Part shown: positions 27,844 to 37,938 of the stretch, piece by piece | Numbering within the stretch: the first letter of the stretch is position 1 | Layout of the letters: every line of letters begins with the position of its first letter | Virus record (IMG/VR): IMGVR_UViG_2529292758_000013 | DNA: 37,938 bases | Origin: a virus | Taxonomy: Duplodnaviria > Heunggongvirae > Uroviricota > Caudoviricetes | Reading direction: 5' to 3' (one strand) | The notes under the pieces: generated by a model | What the model was told of the DNA's origin: nothing | Seen by the model: only the letters and a program-made list of their open reading frames with translations | The model's database searches: none | Made by a program: the position numbers and the translations under genes

Positions 27844-27861
27844 GTACCATTCTCCATACAA
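27844..27861 (+). promoter_or_regulatory. Late promoter element TGT-N12-ACA upstream of FI
   Basis: TGTACCATTCTCCATACA read directly, about 80 bp upstream of ATG 27936. Confidence 0.5.
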
Positions 27862-27935
27862 AACCCAATTCGTGCATCCTGTGCGCATCAACCAGAACAT
27901 AGACAGACCTACTCTACAACCGGAGAGACTGCCTT

Positions 27936-29108
27936 ATGGCTCAGGATTACCACCACGGGGTGCGCGTTGTTGAAATCAACGAAGGCACCCGATCCATTAC
28001 CACGGTGAGCACCGCCATCGTGGGTATGGTCTGCACGGGCGATGATGCCGATGCAAAAATGTTTCCTCTTAATAAACCCGTGCTGATCACTGATGTGCTG
28101 ACTGCCAGCGGTAAAGCGGGTGAGTCAGGCACGCTGGCCCGTTCGCTGGATGCCATCGCTGACCAGGCAAAACCCGTAACCGTTGTTGTGCGTGTGCCGC
28201 AGGGTGAAACGGAAGAAGAAACCACGACGAATATCATCGGTGCAGTGACCGCTGAAGGTAAAAAAACTGGCATGAAAGCCCTGTTATCTGCACAGGCACA
28301 GCTCGGCGTTAAACCGCGCATTCTCGGCGTGCCAGGTCACGATAATAAAGCTGTTGCGACTGAGTTGCTGAGTGTGGCGCAAAGCCTGCGTGGATTTGCC
28401 TACCTGTCAGCGTATGGCTGCAAAACGGTGGAGGAGGCGCTGACTTACCGTGAAAACTTTAGTCAGCGTGAAGGGATGTTGATCTGGCCTGACTTTATCA
28501 GCTGGGACACCGTACTGAACGCCGAGACAACGGCGTATGTCACTGCCCGGGCGCTTGGTCTGCGCGCCAAAATTGACGAGCAGACCGGATGGCATAAAAC
28601 ACTGTCCAACGTGGGGGTGAATGGCGTCACCGGAATTTCTGCTGATGTGTTCTGGGATTTGCAGGATCCGGCAACTGATGCAGGTCTGCTGAACCAGAAC
28701 GATATCACCACGCTTGTGCGCAAGGATGGCTTCCGCTTCTGGGGTTCCCGCTGTCTGAGTGATGATCCGCTTTTTGCCTTTGAGAACTACACCCGCACAG
28801 CACAGGTTCTGATGGACACCATTGCAGAGGCGCATATGTGGGCGGTGGATGGTGTGCTTAACCCGTCGCTGGCACGCGACATTATCGAAGGGATTCGCGC
28901 CAAACTGCGCAGCCTGAAAACGCAGGGCTATATCATTGGTGCGGACTGCTGGCTGGATGAGTCGGTAAACGATAAAGACTCACTCAAAGCAGGGAAACTC
29001 GTGATTGATTATGACTACACGCCTGTGCCGCCACTTGAAAACCTGATGCTGCGCCAGCGCATCACCGATCAGTACCTGCTGGATTTCTCCAGCCAGGTCA
29101 GCGCGTAA
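27936..29108 (+). CDS. FI: Tail sheath protein FI
   Basis: 390-aa ORF, SD GGAGAG upstream; followed by the tube gene as in P2. Confidence 0.88.
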   Translation: MAQDYHHGVRVVEINEGTRSITTVSTAIVGMVCTGDDADAKMFPLNKPVLITDVLTASGKAGESGTLARSLDAIADQAKPVTVVVRVPQGETEEETTTNIIGAVTAEGKKTGMKALLSAQAQLGVKPRILGVPGHDNKAVATELLSVAQSLRGFAYLSAYGCKTVEEALTYRENFSQREGMLIWPDFISWDTVLNAETTAYVTARALGLRAKIDEQTGWHKTLSNVGVNGVTGISADVFWDLQDPATDAGLLNQNDITTLVRKDGFRFWGSRCLSDDPLFAFENYTRTAQVLMDTIAEAHMWAVDGVLNPSLARDIIEGIRAKLRSLKTQGYIIGADCWLDESVNDKDSLKAGKLVIDYDYTPVPPLENLMLRQRITDQYLLDFSSQVSA

Positions 29109-29117
29109 GGGGACAAC

Positions 29118-29633
29118 ATGGCTTTACCACGCAAATTAAAACACCTGAACCTGTTTAACGACGGGAACAACTGGCAGGGGATCGTTGAGTCGCTGACACT
29201 GCCGAAATTCACCCGCAAATATGAGAAGTATCGCGGTGGCGGAATGCCGGGTGCGGTGGATGTGGATCTGGGACTGGATGACGGCGCACTGGATACAGAA
29301 TTTTCCATTGGCGGTACTGAACTGCTGCTGTTTAAGCAGATGGGCAAAGCTACGGTGGATGGCATCCAGCTGCGCTTTACCGGCTCTATCCAGCGTGACG
29401 ATACCGGGGAAGTGCAGGCTGTGGAGCTTGTGGTGCGTGGACGTCACAAAGAAGTGGACTCCGGCGAGTGGAAGACGGGCGAAAGCAACACCACCAAAGT
29501 GACCAGTACCAACAGCTACGCGAAGCTGACTATCAATGGTGAGGTGCTCTATGAAGTGGACCTTATCAACATGGTGGAAATTGTGGACGGTGTGGACCTG
29601 ATGGAAGCGCACCGCAACGCCCTTGGCCTCTGA
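29118..29633 (+). CDS. FII: Tail tube protein FII
   Basis: 171-aa ORF directly after the sheath gene. Confidence 0.88.
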   Translation: MALPRKLKHLNLFNDGNNWQGIVESLTLPKFTRKYEKYRGGGMPGAVDVDLGLDDGALDTEFSIGGTELLLFKQMGKATVDGIQLRFTGSIQRDDTGEVQAVELVVRGRHKEVDSGEWKTGESNTTKVTSTNSYAKLTINGEVLYEVDLINMVEIVDGVDLMEAHRNALGL

Positions 29634-29687
29634 TGTATCTGAACGGCGCGGAATGCCGCGCCAGAACCCAATTTACAGGACAGCAAA

Positions 29688-29990
29688 ATGAGCGATAAGC
29701 AGACTGAAAAGACCATTCAACTGGACACCCCCATCATGCGCGGTAAAACGGAAATCACCGAAATTGTGCTGCGTAAACCGCAGTCTGGTGCGCTGCGCGG
29801 TACACGCCTGCAGGCCATTATGGATATGGATGTGAACGCGATGATGACCGTGATCCCCCGCATCTCCAGCCCGGCACTGACTGCACAGGAAATTGCAGAG
29901 ATGGACCCGGCAGATCTCACTGCCATGTCGGTTGAGGTTGTTACTTTTTTGTTGAAGAAGTCGGTACTTGCCGGTTTACCGACAGCCTGA
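29688..29990 (+). CDS. E: Tail assembly chaperone E
   Basis: 100-aa ORF preceding the tape measure gene; contains the TTTTTTG slippery site near its 3' end. Confidence 0.8.
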   Translation: MSDKQTEKTIQLDTPIMRGKTEITEIVLRKPQSGALRGTRLQAIMDMDVNAMMTVIPRISSPALTAQEIAEMDPADLTAMSVEVVTFLLKKSVLAGLPTA

Positions 29991-30124
29991 CGGTTGACGA
30001 TCTGGTGGCAGATATCGCCACCATTTTTCACTGGCCGCCATCCGTTACTGACGTTATGCCGCTGACCGAAGTGCTGGAATGGCGGTATAAAGCGATTCAG
30101 AGAAGCGGGGCAAACGATGAGTGA
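29688..30124 (+). CDS. E': E+E' frameshift product (programmed -1 frameshift at TTTTTTG, 29945-29951)
   Basis: After a -1 shift at T TTT TTG the frame stays open (FVEEVGTCRFTDSLTVDDLVADIATIFHWPPSVTDVMPLTEVLEWRYKAIQRSGANDE) to TGA at 30122-30124, overlapping the T start; the classical P2 E/E' arrangement. Confidence 0.6.
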
Positions 30125-33100
30125 TAATAACCTGCGCCTGCAGGTCATTCTTAATGCGGTTGACAAACTCACCCGCCCATTCCGTGCTGCACAGGCCAGT
30201 TCGAAAGAGCTGGCTGGCGCAATTCAGAATACCAGAAACAGCCTCAAAGAACTGAATAAGCAGGCTGGCAGAATTGATGAGTTTCGCAAGACGCGCTCGC
30301 AACTAGCCATAACAGCCAACAACCTGAACGCAGCCCGCGAAGAGGCGGCAAAACTCGCCACACAATTTGCTGCCACTAACAGGCCAACCGCCGCGCAGGC
30401 AAAGTTATTCAGTCAGGCCAAAACACGAGTACAGGAACTTCAGCAGACCTATAACGGCTTGTTGGGGGCGGTCCAGAGACAACGTCAGGCACTTAAAGAA
30501 TCAGGGATTGATACCAGGCAACTCAGTAGTGCCCAGCGAGAACTTAAGAAAAATGCTGAAGAAACAAGGCAGGCACTGGAGGGCCAGCAAAAAGCACTTA
30601 AACGTCTGGGTGAACAACAGGCACGGATGAACGCTGCCAGAGAACAATACTCAAGACGGCTTGAAGTGCGCGATCGTATCGCAGGAGCCGGAGCCACCAC
30701 CACGGCTGCAGGGCTGGCCATGGGCGCGCCAGTGATGGCGGCGGTAAAAAGCTATACCAGCATGGAAGATGCAATGAAAGGTGTGGCAAAGCAGGTCAAT
30801 GGTCTGCGTGACGATAATGGCAACCGCACTGCGCGTTTTTACGAAATGCAGGATGCCATCAAAGCTGCCAGTGAACAGCTGCCAATGGAAAACGGTGCTG
30901 TGGACTTCGCTGCACTGGTTGAAGGTGGTGCGCGCATGAATGTGGCAAACCCTGACGACAGCTGGGAAGACCAGAAACGTGACCTGCTGGCTTTCGCCAG
31001 CACGGCAGCAAAGGCGGCAACAGCCTTTGAGCTGCCAGCGGATGAACTGTCAGAAAGTCTGGGGAAAATCGCCCAGCTCTACAAAATACCTACCCGCAAT
31101 ATTGAACAGCTCGGCGATGCGCTGAACTATCTGGATGATAACGCAATGTCGAAAGGGGCAGACATCATCGATGTCATGCAACGTCTGGGCGGTGTGGCTG
31201 ACCGTCTGGATTATCGTAAAGCGGCGGCGCTGGGTTCCACCTTCCTGACTCTGGGTGCTGCGCCGGAGGTTGCAGCCAGTGCAGCAAACGCGATGGTGCG
31301 TGAATTGTCCATTGCCACCATGCAAAGCAAGAGTTTCTTTGAAGGGATGAATCTGCTGAAACTCAATCCTGAAGTGATTGAAAAGCAGATGACGAAGGAT
31401 GCGATGGGAACCATCCAGCGCGTGCTGGAGAAGGTGAACGCGCTGCCGCAGGATAAGCGCCTGTCTGCCATGACCATGTTGTTTGGTAAAGAGTTTGGCG
31501 ATGACGCGGCGAAACTGGCAAACAACCTGCCGGAACTGCAGCGCCAGCTAAAACTGACAGCGGGCAATGATGCGCTCGGTTCCATGCAGAAAGAATCCGA
31601 CATCAACAAAGACTCACTTTCTGCTCAGTGGTTGCTGGTCAAAACCGGAGCGCAGAACACCTTCAGCAGCCTGGGCGAAACGCTGCGCCAGCCGCTGATG
31701 GATATTCTGTACACGGTGAAAAGCGTCACGGGGGCGTTGCGTCGCTGGGTGGAAGCTAACCCGGAACTGACGGGCACACTGATGAAAGTAGCAGCGGTTG
31801 TGGCTGCCGTTACCGTGGGCCTCGGCACCTTAGCGGTGGCGCTGGCTGCAGTGCTGGGGCCGCTGGCAGTCATCCGTCTGGGATTCTCTGTGCTGGGTAT
31901 CAAAACGTTACCTTCCGTTACGGCAGCAGTAACTCGAACCAGCAACGCGTTGTCCTGGTTGGCTGGCGCTCCACTGGCACTGCTGCGACGCGGGCTTGCT
32001 TCATCGGGCAATGCCGCAGGTTTACTTACTGCGCCGTTGTCGTCTTTGCGGCGCACGGCATCACTGACGGGAAATGTCCTGAAAACTGTAGCAGGTGCGC
32101 CGGTTGCACTTTTGCGGTCTGGATTATCCGGTTTACGTGCTGTTGCTGTGATGTTTATGAATCCTCTGGCGATACTGCGCGGTGGACTGACCGCCGCAGG
32201 TACGGTGCTGCGTGTGCTGGCATCCGGTTCGCTGGCGATGCTGCGCGTTGCCCTGTATGCCGTATCAGGTCTGTTAGGTGCTCTGCTCAGTCCGATAGGT
32301 CTTGTGGTTACTGCACTGGCGGGTGTGGCGCTGGTTGTCTGGAAATACTGGCAACCCATTACCGCATTTCTCGGTGGCGTGGTGGAAGGATTCAAAGCTG
32401 CGGCTGGTCCCATCAGTGCTGCATTCGAACCACTTAAGCCTGTGTTCCAGTGGATTGGCGACAAAGTGCAGGCGCTGTGGGGCTGGTTTACTGACCTGCT
32501 GACGCCTGTTAAGTCGACCTCTGCCGAACTGCAGAGCGCAGCGGCAATGGGGCGACGATTCGGGGAGGCACTGGCGGAAGGGCTGAATATGGTCATGCAT
32601 CCGCTGGACTCCCTGAAATCCGGCGTTTCCTGGTTGCTGGAGAAACTCGGCATTGTCAGTAAAGAGGCTGCAAAAGCGAAACTGCCGGAAAGCGTGACGC
32701 GTCAGCAACCTGCGACGGTGAATGCAGACGGTAAAGTGATAATGCCATCGGGTGGTTTTCAGTCATGGGGATATGGCTTTGCGGGGATGTATGACAGCGG
32801 CGGGTATATCCCGCGCGGGCAGTTCGGCATTGTCGGTGAAAACGGGCCGGAAATTGTCAACGGTCCGGCAAACGTGACCAGCCGGAGAAATACCGCTGCA
32901 CTGGCTGCGGTTGTCGCCGGAATGATGGGCGTTGCTGCCGCGCCAGCAGAGCTTCCACCGTTGCATCCTTTGGCGCTTCCCGCGAAAGGCGGTGAAGTGA
33001 TGGTGAGTCGTGCAGCCACTGTGCCGCCCGTTCAACGGATTGAGGCACCGACGCAGATCATCATCCAGACGCAGCCAGGACAAAGTGCGCAGGATATTGC

Positions 33101-33194
33101 GCGGGAGGTGGCCCGCCAGCTTGATGAACGTGAACGCAGGCTGAAGGCAAAAGCCAGGAGTAACTACAGCGATCAGGGGGGATACGACGCATGA
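30117..33194 (+). CDS. T: Tail tape measure protein T
   Basis: 1025-aa ORF, Ala/Gly/Leu-rich with coiled-coil-like N-terminus and hydrophobic central region; position after E/E'. Confidence 0.88.
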   Translation: MSDNNLRLQVILNAVDKLTRPFRAAQASSKELAGAIQNTRNSLKELNKQAGRIDEFRKTRSQLAITANNLNAAREEAAKLATQFAATNRPTAAQAKLFSQAKTRVQELQQTYNGLLGAVQRQRQALKESGIDTRQLSSAQRELKKNAEETRQALEGQQKALKRLGEQQARMNAAREQYSRRLEVRDRIAGAGATTTAAGLAMGAPVMAAVKSYTSMEDAMKGVAKQVNGLRDDNGNRTARFYEMQDAIKAASEQLPMENGAVDFAALVEGGARMNVANPDDSWEDQKRDLLAFASTAAKAATAFELPADELSESLGKIAQLYKIPTRNIEQLGDALNYLDDNAMSKGADIIDVMQRLGGVADRLDYRKAAALGSTFLTLGAAPEVAASAANAMVRELSIATMQSKSFFEGMNLLKLNPEVIEKQMTKDAMGTIQRVLEKVNALPQDKRLSAMTMLFGKEFGDDAAKLANNLPELQRQLKLTAGNDALGSMQKESDINKDSLSAQWLLVKTGAQNTFSSLGETLRQPLMDILYTVKSVTGALRRWVEANPELTGTLMKVAAVVAAVTVGLGTLAVALAAVLGPLAVIRLGFSVLGIKTLPSVTAAVTRTSNALSWLAGAPLALLRRGLASSGNAAGLLTAPLSSLRRTASLTGNVLKTVAGAPVALLRSGLSGLRAVAVMFMNPLAILRGGLTAAGTVLRVLASGSLAMLRVALYAVSGLLGALLSPIGLVVTALAGVALVVWKYWQPITAFLGGVVEGFKAAAGPISAAFEPLKPVFQWIGDKVQALWGWFTDLLTPVKSTSAELQSAAAMGRRFGEALAEGLNMVMHPLDSLKSGVSWLLEKLGIVSKEAAKAKLPESVTRQQPATVNADGKVIMPSGGFQSWGYGFAGMYDSGGYIPRGQFGIVGENGPEIVNGPANVTSRRNTAALAAVVAGMMGVAAAPAELPPLHPLALPAKGGEVMVSRAATVPPVQRIEAPTQIIIQTQPGQSAQDIAREVARQLDERERRLKAKARSNYSDQGGYDA

Positions 33195-33676
33195 TGATGG
33201 TACTGGGATTGTACGTGTTTATGCTGCGCACCGTGCCGTATCAGGAGCTGCAGTATCAACGCAGCTGGCGACATGCGGCAAACAGTCGGGTAAATCGTCG
33301 TCCGTCCACGCAGTTTCTGGGACCGGACAACGACATGCTGACGCTTTCCGGTGTTCTTATGCCGGAGATAACAGGTGGCAGGCTGTCGTTGCTGGCACTT
33401 GAGCAGATGGCAGAACAGGGGAAAGCATGGCCCCTGATTGAAGGTAGCGGCACGATTTACGGCATGTATGTGATTGAGGGACTGAATCAGACTAAAACGG
33501 AGTTTTTCCGCGACGGTATGCCGCGCCGGATTGAGTTCACCCTGTCGCTCAAACGGGTGGATGAATCCCTGTCCGATATGTTCGGTGATCTCAGTGCGCA
33601 ACTGAATAATCTGCAGGGAACGGCAACATCTGCCTTAAGCGATATCAGTAAAACGGTGGGAGGGCTGCTGTCGTGA
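33191..33676 (+). CDS. U: Tail protein U
   Basis: 161-aa ORF overlapping the T stop; P2 order T-U-D. Confidence 0.82.
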   Translation: MMMVLGLYVFMLRTVPYQELQYQRSWRHAANSRVNRRPSTQFLGPDNDMLTLSGVLMPEITGGRLSLLALEQMAEQGKAWPLIEGSGTIYGMYVIEGLNQTKTEFFRDGMPRRIEFTLSLKRVDESLSDMFGDLSAQLNNLQGTATSALSDISKTVGGLLS

Positions 33677-34773
33677 ATTTCAGCTCTGAACTGCTTAACA
33701 AAGGCAACAAAACTCCGGCATTCAGCATCAGTATTGAAGGCAGGGATATCACCACTGTGCTGGACAACCGCCTGATGGGGCTGACGCTGACGGATAACCG
33801 GGGATTTGAAGCGGACCAGCTTGATCTGGAGTTGGACGACGCCGATGGAAAAATCGTGCTGCCGCGCCGTGGTGCGGTCATTACGCTGGCACTGGGCTGG
33901 AAGGGGCAGCCGCTTTTCCCGAAAGGGGCATTCACGGTGGACGAGATTGAACACACTGGCGCACCGGACCGCCTGACTATCCGGGCGCGAAGTGCTGATT
34001 TTCGGGAAACGCTGAATACCCGCCGTGAAAAATCGTGGCACAAGACCACGGTCGGGGAAGTGGTGAAGGAAATAGCCGCGCGTCACAAGCTGAAGATGGC
34101 ACTGGGTAAAGACCTGTCGGATAAGCCCGTGGAACATATAGACCAGACTAATGAGAGTGACGGCAGTTTTCTGATGCGGCTGGCGCGCCAGTACGGTGCT
34201 ATTGCGTCGGTGAAAAATGGCAATCTGTTATTCATTCGGCAGGGACAGGGTAAAAGTGCTAGCGGTAAACCACTGCCGGTGATCACTATCACACGTAAGG
34301 ACGGCGACAGTCACCGCTTTACCCTGGCAGATCGCGGAGCCTACACGGGCGTAATTGCCAGCTGGTTGCATACCCGCGAACCCGCGAAGAAAGAAAGCAC
34401 CACGGTGAAGCGTAAGCGCAGGACTAAGAAGCAGAAGAAAGAGCCGGAAGCGAAGCAGGGCGATTACCTGGTGGGTACAGATGAAAACGTGCTGGTACTT
34501 AATCGCACCTATGCCAACCGGAGCAACGCCGAACGGGCGGCGAAAATGCAGTGGGAACGCCTGCAACGCGGCGTTGCGTCATTCTCGCTACAACTGGCGG
34601 AAGGTCGGGCAGATCTCTACACGGAAATGCCAGTGAAAGTCAGTGGCTTTAAACAGCCGATAGATGATGCGGAATGGACTATTACCACCCTGACGCATAC
34701 TGTCAGCCCGGATAACGGTTTTACGACCAGTCTGGAGCTTGAAGTGAAGATTGATGATTTCGAAATGGAATGA
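33673..34773 (+). CDS. D: Tail protein D (late control gene D)
   Basis: 366-aa ORF (GTG start overlapping the U stop); last tail gene before ogr. Confidence 0.82.
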   Translation: MNFSSELLNKGNKTPAFSISIEGRDITTVLDNRLMGLTLTDNRGFEADQLDLELDDADGKIVLPRRGAVITLALGWKGQPLFPKGAFTVDEIEHTGAPDRLTIRARSADFRETLNTRREKSWHKTTVGEVVKEIAARHKLKMALGKDLSDKPVEHIDQTNESDGSFLMRLARQYGAIASVKNGNLLFIRQGQGKSASGKPLPVITITRKDGDSHRFTLADRGAYTGVIASWLHTREPAKKESTTVKRKRRTKKQKKEPEAKQGDYLVGTDENVLVLNRTYANRSNAERAAKMQWERLQRGVASFSLQLAEGRADLYTEMPVKVSGFKQPIDDAEWTITTLTHTVSPDNGFTTSLELEVKIDDFEME

Positions 34774-34863
34774 TTCTTCGCAATGGAGAACTTTTAAGTT
34801 TTCAAAATGGAATAATGCGGTATCATTATTGTGAATTTAGCAAAAATGGGGAGAACTCGAAAA

Positions 34864-35082
34864 ATGATGATTTGCCCACTGTGTGGAAGTGCCGCCCATA
34901 CTCGCAGCAGTTTTCAGGTATCTTCATTGACCAAAGAGCGTTACAACCAGTGCCAGAACATTAACTGCAGCCATACTTTTGTTACCCATGAAACTTTTGT
35001 TCGTTCGATTGCAACGCCAAAAGAGTCAAATCCGGTTCAGCCGCATCCAATGAAATCAGGACAGGTGGCGCTCTCTCTTTGA
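34864..35082 (+). CDS. ogr: Ogr/Delta-type zinc-finger late transcription activator
   Basis: MMICPLCGSAAHTRSSFQVSSLTKERYNQCQNINCSHTF matches Ogr (CPLCQHAAHARTS...TKERYHQCQNVNCSATF) from memory; SD GGGGAG upstream. Confidence 0.82.
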   Translation: MMICPLCGSAAHTRSSFQVSSLTKERYNQCQNINCSHTFVTHETFVRSIATPKESNPVQPHPMKSGQVALSL

Positions 35083-35162
35083 CGCTGCCGCCATTTTGTC
35101 GCCATCGTTAAAAAATAGTGCTTCTAACATCATGATTTTAAACAGCATAAATTTCAGGCAAC

Positions 35163-35205
35163 AAAAAACCCATCAACCTTGAACCGAAATGGCGGGGTTG
35201 ATGGG
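35163..35205 (-). terminator. Rho-independent terminator of host ybjL
   Basis: Inverted repeat CCCATCAACC...GGTTGATGGG with a T-run on the minus strand (A-run 35163-35168 on plus). Confidence 0.6.
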
Positions 35206-35318
35206 CTCCACAAAATGGGGACATCAAAGAAAAGCAGTGGCACTAATTAAGACTGGTGCCCTGCGGAAAAGTTCTGCGGTTGTGCAAAAAAAATTTCATT
35301 TTCAGGGCAACTTCAGTT

Positions 35319-37004
35319 TTATCCTAATCCTGGCCATACCATGACGATGATTGTCCCTGCCAGCGTCAGCAGGACGTTGGCGATTGCATAGGTGCCCGCA
35401 TAGCCCAGCGCCGGGATGTTACTGCGAGCTGTATCACTGATGATCTCCATTGCCGGCGCGCAGGTGCGTGCGCCCATCATTGCGCCGAATAACAGTGCGC
35501 GGTTCATTCGCAATACATAAGCACCGAACAAGAAACAGATAACCACTGGCACAAGACTGACAATCAATCCGGCAATCAACATCTGACCGCCAATCGCGCC
35601 CAGGCCGTTATTAATACCGCTACCGGCGCTCAGACCAACGCCTGCCATAAACACCATTAAGCCGAACTCTTTCACCATGCTTAATGCACCCTGCGGAATG
35701 TAACCGAAGGTCGGGTGGTTAGCGCGCATAAATCCCAGCATAATTCCGGCGAATAACAACCCGGCAGCGTTCCCCATGCCGAAACTGAATGTGCTGAACT
35801 GGAAGGTGATCATCCCGATCATCAGCCCAATAACAAAGAAGGCGCAGAATGCCAGCAAGTCAGTGACCTGGCTGTGAATCGAGATAAAGCCGATGCGATC
35901 GGCGATGGTTTTTACGCGACGGGCATCGCCGCTGACTTGTAAAACGTCACCTTTGTTAAGCACGACGTTGTCATCTATCGGCATCTCAATCTGGCTACGA
36001 ATGACGCGGTTAAGGAAGCAACCGTGATCGGTCAACTTCAGTTGTGCGAGACGTTTGCCCACGGCGTTATGGTTTTTAACGACCACTTCTTCAGTGACGA
36101 TACGCATGTCGAGAAGGTCACGATCGAAAACTTCTTTGCCGTTACGGAAGCTGGGATCGAGTCGGGCGTGGGCGTCGGGATAGCCTACCAACGCTATTTC
36201 ATCTCCCATTTGTAGCACAGCATCACCGTCTGGATTCGCCAGAATCCCGTTACGTCGAATACGTTCAATGTAGCAGCCGGTTTGTCGATAAATACCCAGT
36301 TCACGCAGATTTTTGCCGTCGGTCCAGGCCACCAGCTCCGGGCCGACGCGGTAGGCGCGGATCACCGGTAAATAAACCTTACGGTTGGCATCAGTGTCCA
36401 GGCCACGTTCGCGGGCGATTTGCTGGGCGCTGGTCTGTAAGTCCTGATGCTGCAATTTCGGCAAGTAACGCGCACCAACAATCAAACTCACCAGACCGAT
36501 TAAATAGGTTAAGGCATACCCGAGGCTCAGATTATCCAGTGCCAGTGAGAGCTGCCTGCTTTCCATGCCGGAATGACGCAGTGTATCGCCAGCACCGACC
36601 AGAACCGGTGTCGACGTCATAGAGCCAGCTAACATACCGGCCGTCAGGCCAATATCCCAGCCAAACAGCTTACCTAACCCTAAGGCGATCACCAGCGCAC
36701 TGCCAACCATCACCAGTGCTAACATTAGGTAATTTTTCCCATCGCGAAAAAAAATGGAAAAAAAGTTCGGTCCGGCTTCGACCCCGACGCAGAAAATAAA
36801 CAGCATAAAGCCAAGATTAAGCGCGTCGGTGTTAATGCTGAAATGTTGTTGGCCTAATAACAGCGATACGACTAAAACGCCAATGGAATTACCCAGTTGG
36901 ATCGAACCAAGTCGTAATTTCCCGAGACATAGCCCAAGCGCGAGGACCACAAATAATAACAGAATGTAATTCCCATTTAACAATTCGGCGACGTTTATAT
37001 TCAC
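35319..37004 (-). CDS. ybjL: Putative transport protein YbjL (YidE/YbjL family), host gene
   Basis: 561-aa polytopic membrane protein starting [29 protein letters not shown], recognised as E. coli YbjL from memory. Confidence 0.88.
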
Positions 37005-37273
37005 GGAGGCTAACTTCTTGTTTACTAGTAAGCTGTTGAAAGAAATGGTAATTTACGATAATGTTTTTTACCAGAATTCAGGGCGCAGATTCATTCAGCG
37101 CACCTAAACGATAGTAAAGTAACAATATATTTTACTAGTGTAATCACATTAGGTATCAACGGCTATATGAATTGCGTTGGCCTATATTAGCATGGAATGC
37201 GAAGCGGCTTTATCTTACTGAACGCCACACTGGCGAAAAATGTGTTCGATAGACGCAGTGTCAGGAGGAACGA

Positions 37274-37651
37274 GTGAAACATAAACAACGTTGGGCGGGG
37301 GCAATCTGCTGTTTTGTCCTCTTCATTGTGGTGTGTCTTTTTCTGGCGACGCACATGAAAGGCGCTTTTCGGGCTGCCGGGCATCCTGAAATCGGTTTGC
37401 TATTTTTCATTCTTCCTGGTGCAGTTGCCAGCTTCTTTTCACATCGTAGAGAAGTCCTGAAACCTCTGTTTGGCGCAATGCTGGCGGCACCCTGTTCGAT
37501 GCTCATTATGCGGCTGTTTTTTTCACCGACGCGCTCATTCTGGCAAGAGCTGGCATGGTTATTAAGTGCGGTGTTCTGGTGTGCGCTGGGGGCATTGTGT
37601 TTCTTATTTATCAGTAGCTTGTTTAAACCACAGCACAGAAAAAATCAATAA
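37274..37651 (+). CDS. ybjM: Inner membrane protein YbjM, host gene (GTG start)
   Basis: 125-aa hydrophobic ORF with SD AGGAGG before GTG 37274; between ybjL and grxA as in E. coli. Confidence 0.72.
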   Translation: MKHKQRWAGAICCFVLFIVVCLFLATHMKGAFRAAGHPEIGLLFFILPGAVASFFSHRREVLKPLFGAMLAAPCSMLIMRLFFSPTRSFWQELAWLLSAVFWCALGALCFLFISSLFKPQHRKNQ

Positions 37652-37672
37652 AGCCCTCAACGCGAGGGCTTG
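37650..37672. terminator. Hairpin terminator shared by convergent ybjM and grxA
   Basis: AGCCCTC...GAGGGCT inverted repeat with a T-run on the minus strand. Confidence 0.5.
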
Positions 37673-37680
37673 TCAGACGA

Positions 37681-37938
37681 TCAGGCGTCCAGATTCTCTT
37701 TCACCCATGCAGCAAAATCGGTATAGCCGCCGATATGTTGCTGATCGACAAAAATCTGCGGCACGGTTTCTACGGGTTTACCTGCCTTTTGTTGTAGATC
37801 TTCTTTAGTGATCCCTTCCGCACGAATATCTACATACTGATACTGGAAATCATCGCGTTCATTGCTCAATTTCTCAGCCAGATCTTTTGCACGCACACAG
37901 TAAGGGCAACCCGGACGACCAAAAATAACGGTTTGCAT
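37681..37938 (-). CDS. grxA: Glutaredoxin 1, host gene
   Basis: MQTVIFGRPGCPYCVRAKDLAEKLSNERDDFQYQYVDIRAEGITKEDLQQKAGKPVETVPQIFVDQQHIGGYTDFAAWVKENLDA; CPYC active site; recognised as E. coli GrxA. Confidence 0.92.
   Translation of the reverse strand: MQTVIFGRPGCPYCVRAKDLAEKLSNERDDFQYQYVDIRAEGITKEDLQQKAGKPVETVPQIFVDQQHIGGYTDFAAWVKENLDA

Noticed and set aside
27801-27935. Z/fun cargo hotspot between tail fiber assembly gene G and sheath gene FI
   Set aside because: Only about 135 bp of intergenic sequence holding a terminator hairpin and a late-promoter element; no ORF, so this hotspot is empty in this phage.
31625-32653. Long reverse-strand ORF (342 aa) inside the tape measure gene, and similar antisense ORFs inside A (7599-8168, 8262-9002), N (17263-17925), P (15446-15895) and elsewhere
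   Set aside because: They lie entirely within well-supported genes on the opposite strand, have low-complexity Ala/Ser/Pro/Arg-rich translations typical of open antisense frames in GC-rich DNA, and lack SD sequences.
1-37938. CRISPR arrays, tRNA/rRNA genes, IS elements
   Set aside because: No regularly spaced short direct repeats, no tRNA-like cloverleaf candidates near the att junction, and no transposase-like ORF or terminal inverted repeats were seen; the only mobile element evident is the prophage itself.

Overview
This window is a near-complete P2/186-family temperate phage (prophage) of about 35 kb, followed by enterobacterial host genes (ybjL, ybjM, grxA). All calls rest on reading the translated ORFs, motifs and gene order by eye; no database search was run. 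The phage runs from a tyrosine integrase at the left edge (attL lies outside the window) through a 186-type early region (CI-like repressor, Apl/Cox-like, CII, Dam methylase, TraR/DksA zinc finger, replication protein A), a LexA-box-controlled DinI/Tum-like module, a cos-like sequence, then packaging, head, lysis and tail genes in P2 order (Q P / O N M L X Y K lysA lysB lysC R S V W J I H G FI FII E/E' T U D) and an Ogr-type late activator beside the host junction. Late promoters carry TGT-N12-ACA elements and E/E' has a TTTTTTG -1 frameshift site. On this conserved backbone sit several visibly AT-rich accessory insertions, which are the main candidates for undescribed functions: (1) a secreted Cys-rich peptide plus a KAP-like P-loop NTPase between repressor and integrase; (2) a second, divergent KAP-like NTPase between gene A and cos, downstream of the SOS box; (3) a 223-aa protein between cos and the portal gene; (4) a 250-aa two-transmembrane protein between tail genes S and V; (5) a reverse-strand peptide plus membrane-protein cassette in the early region, flanked by 60-bp direct repeats. 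The Z/fun position between G and FI is empty. No rRNA, tRNA or CRISPR array was seen.
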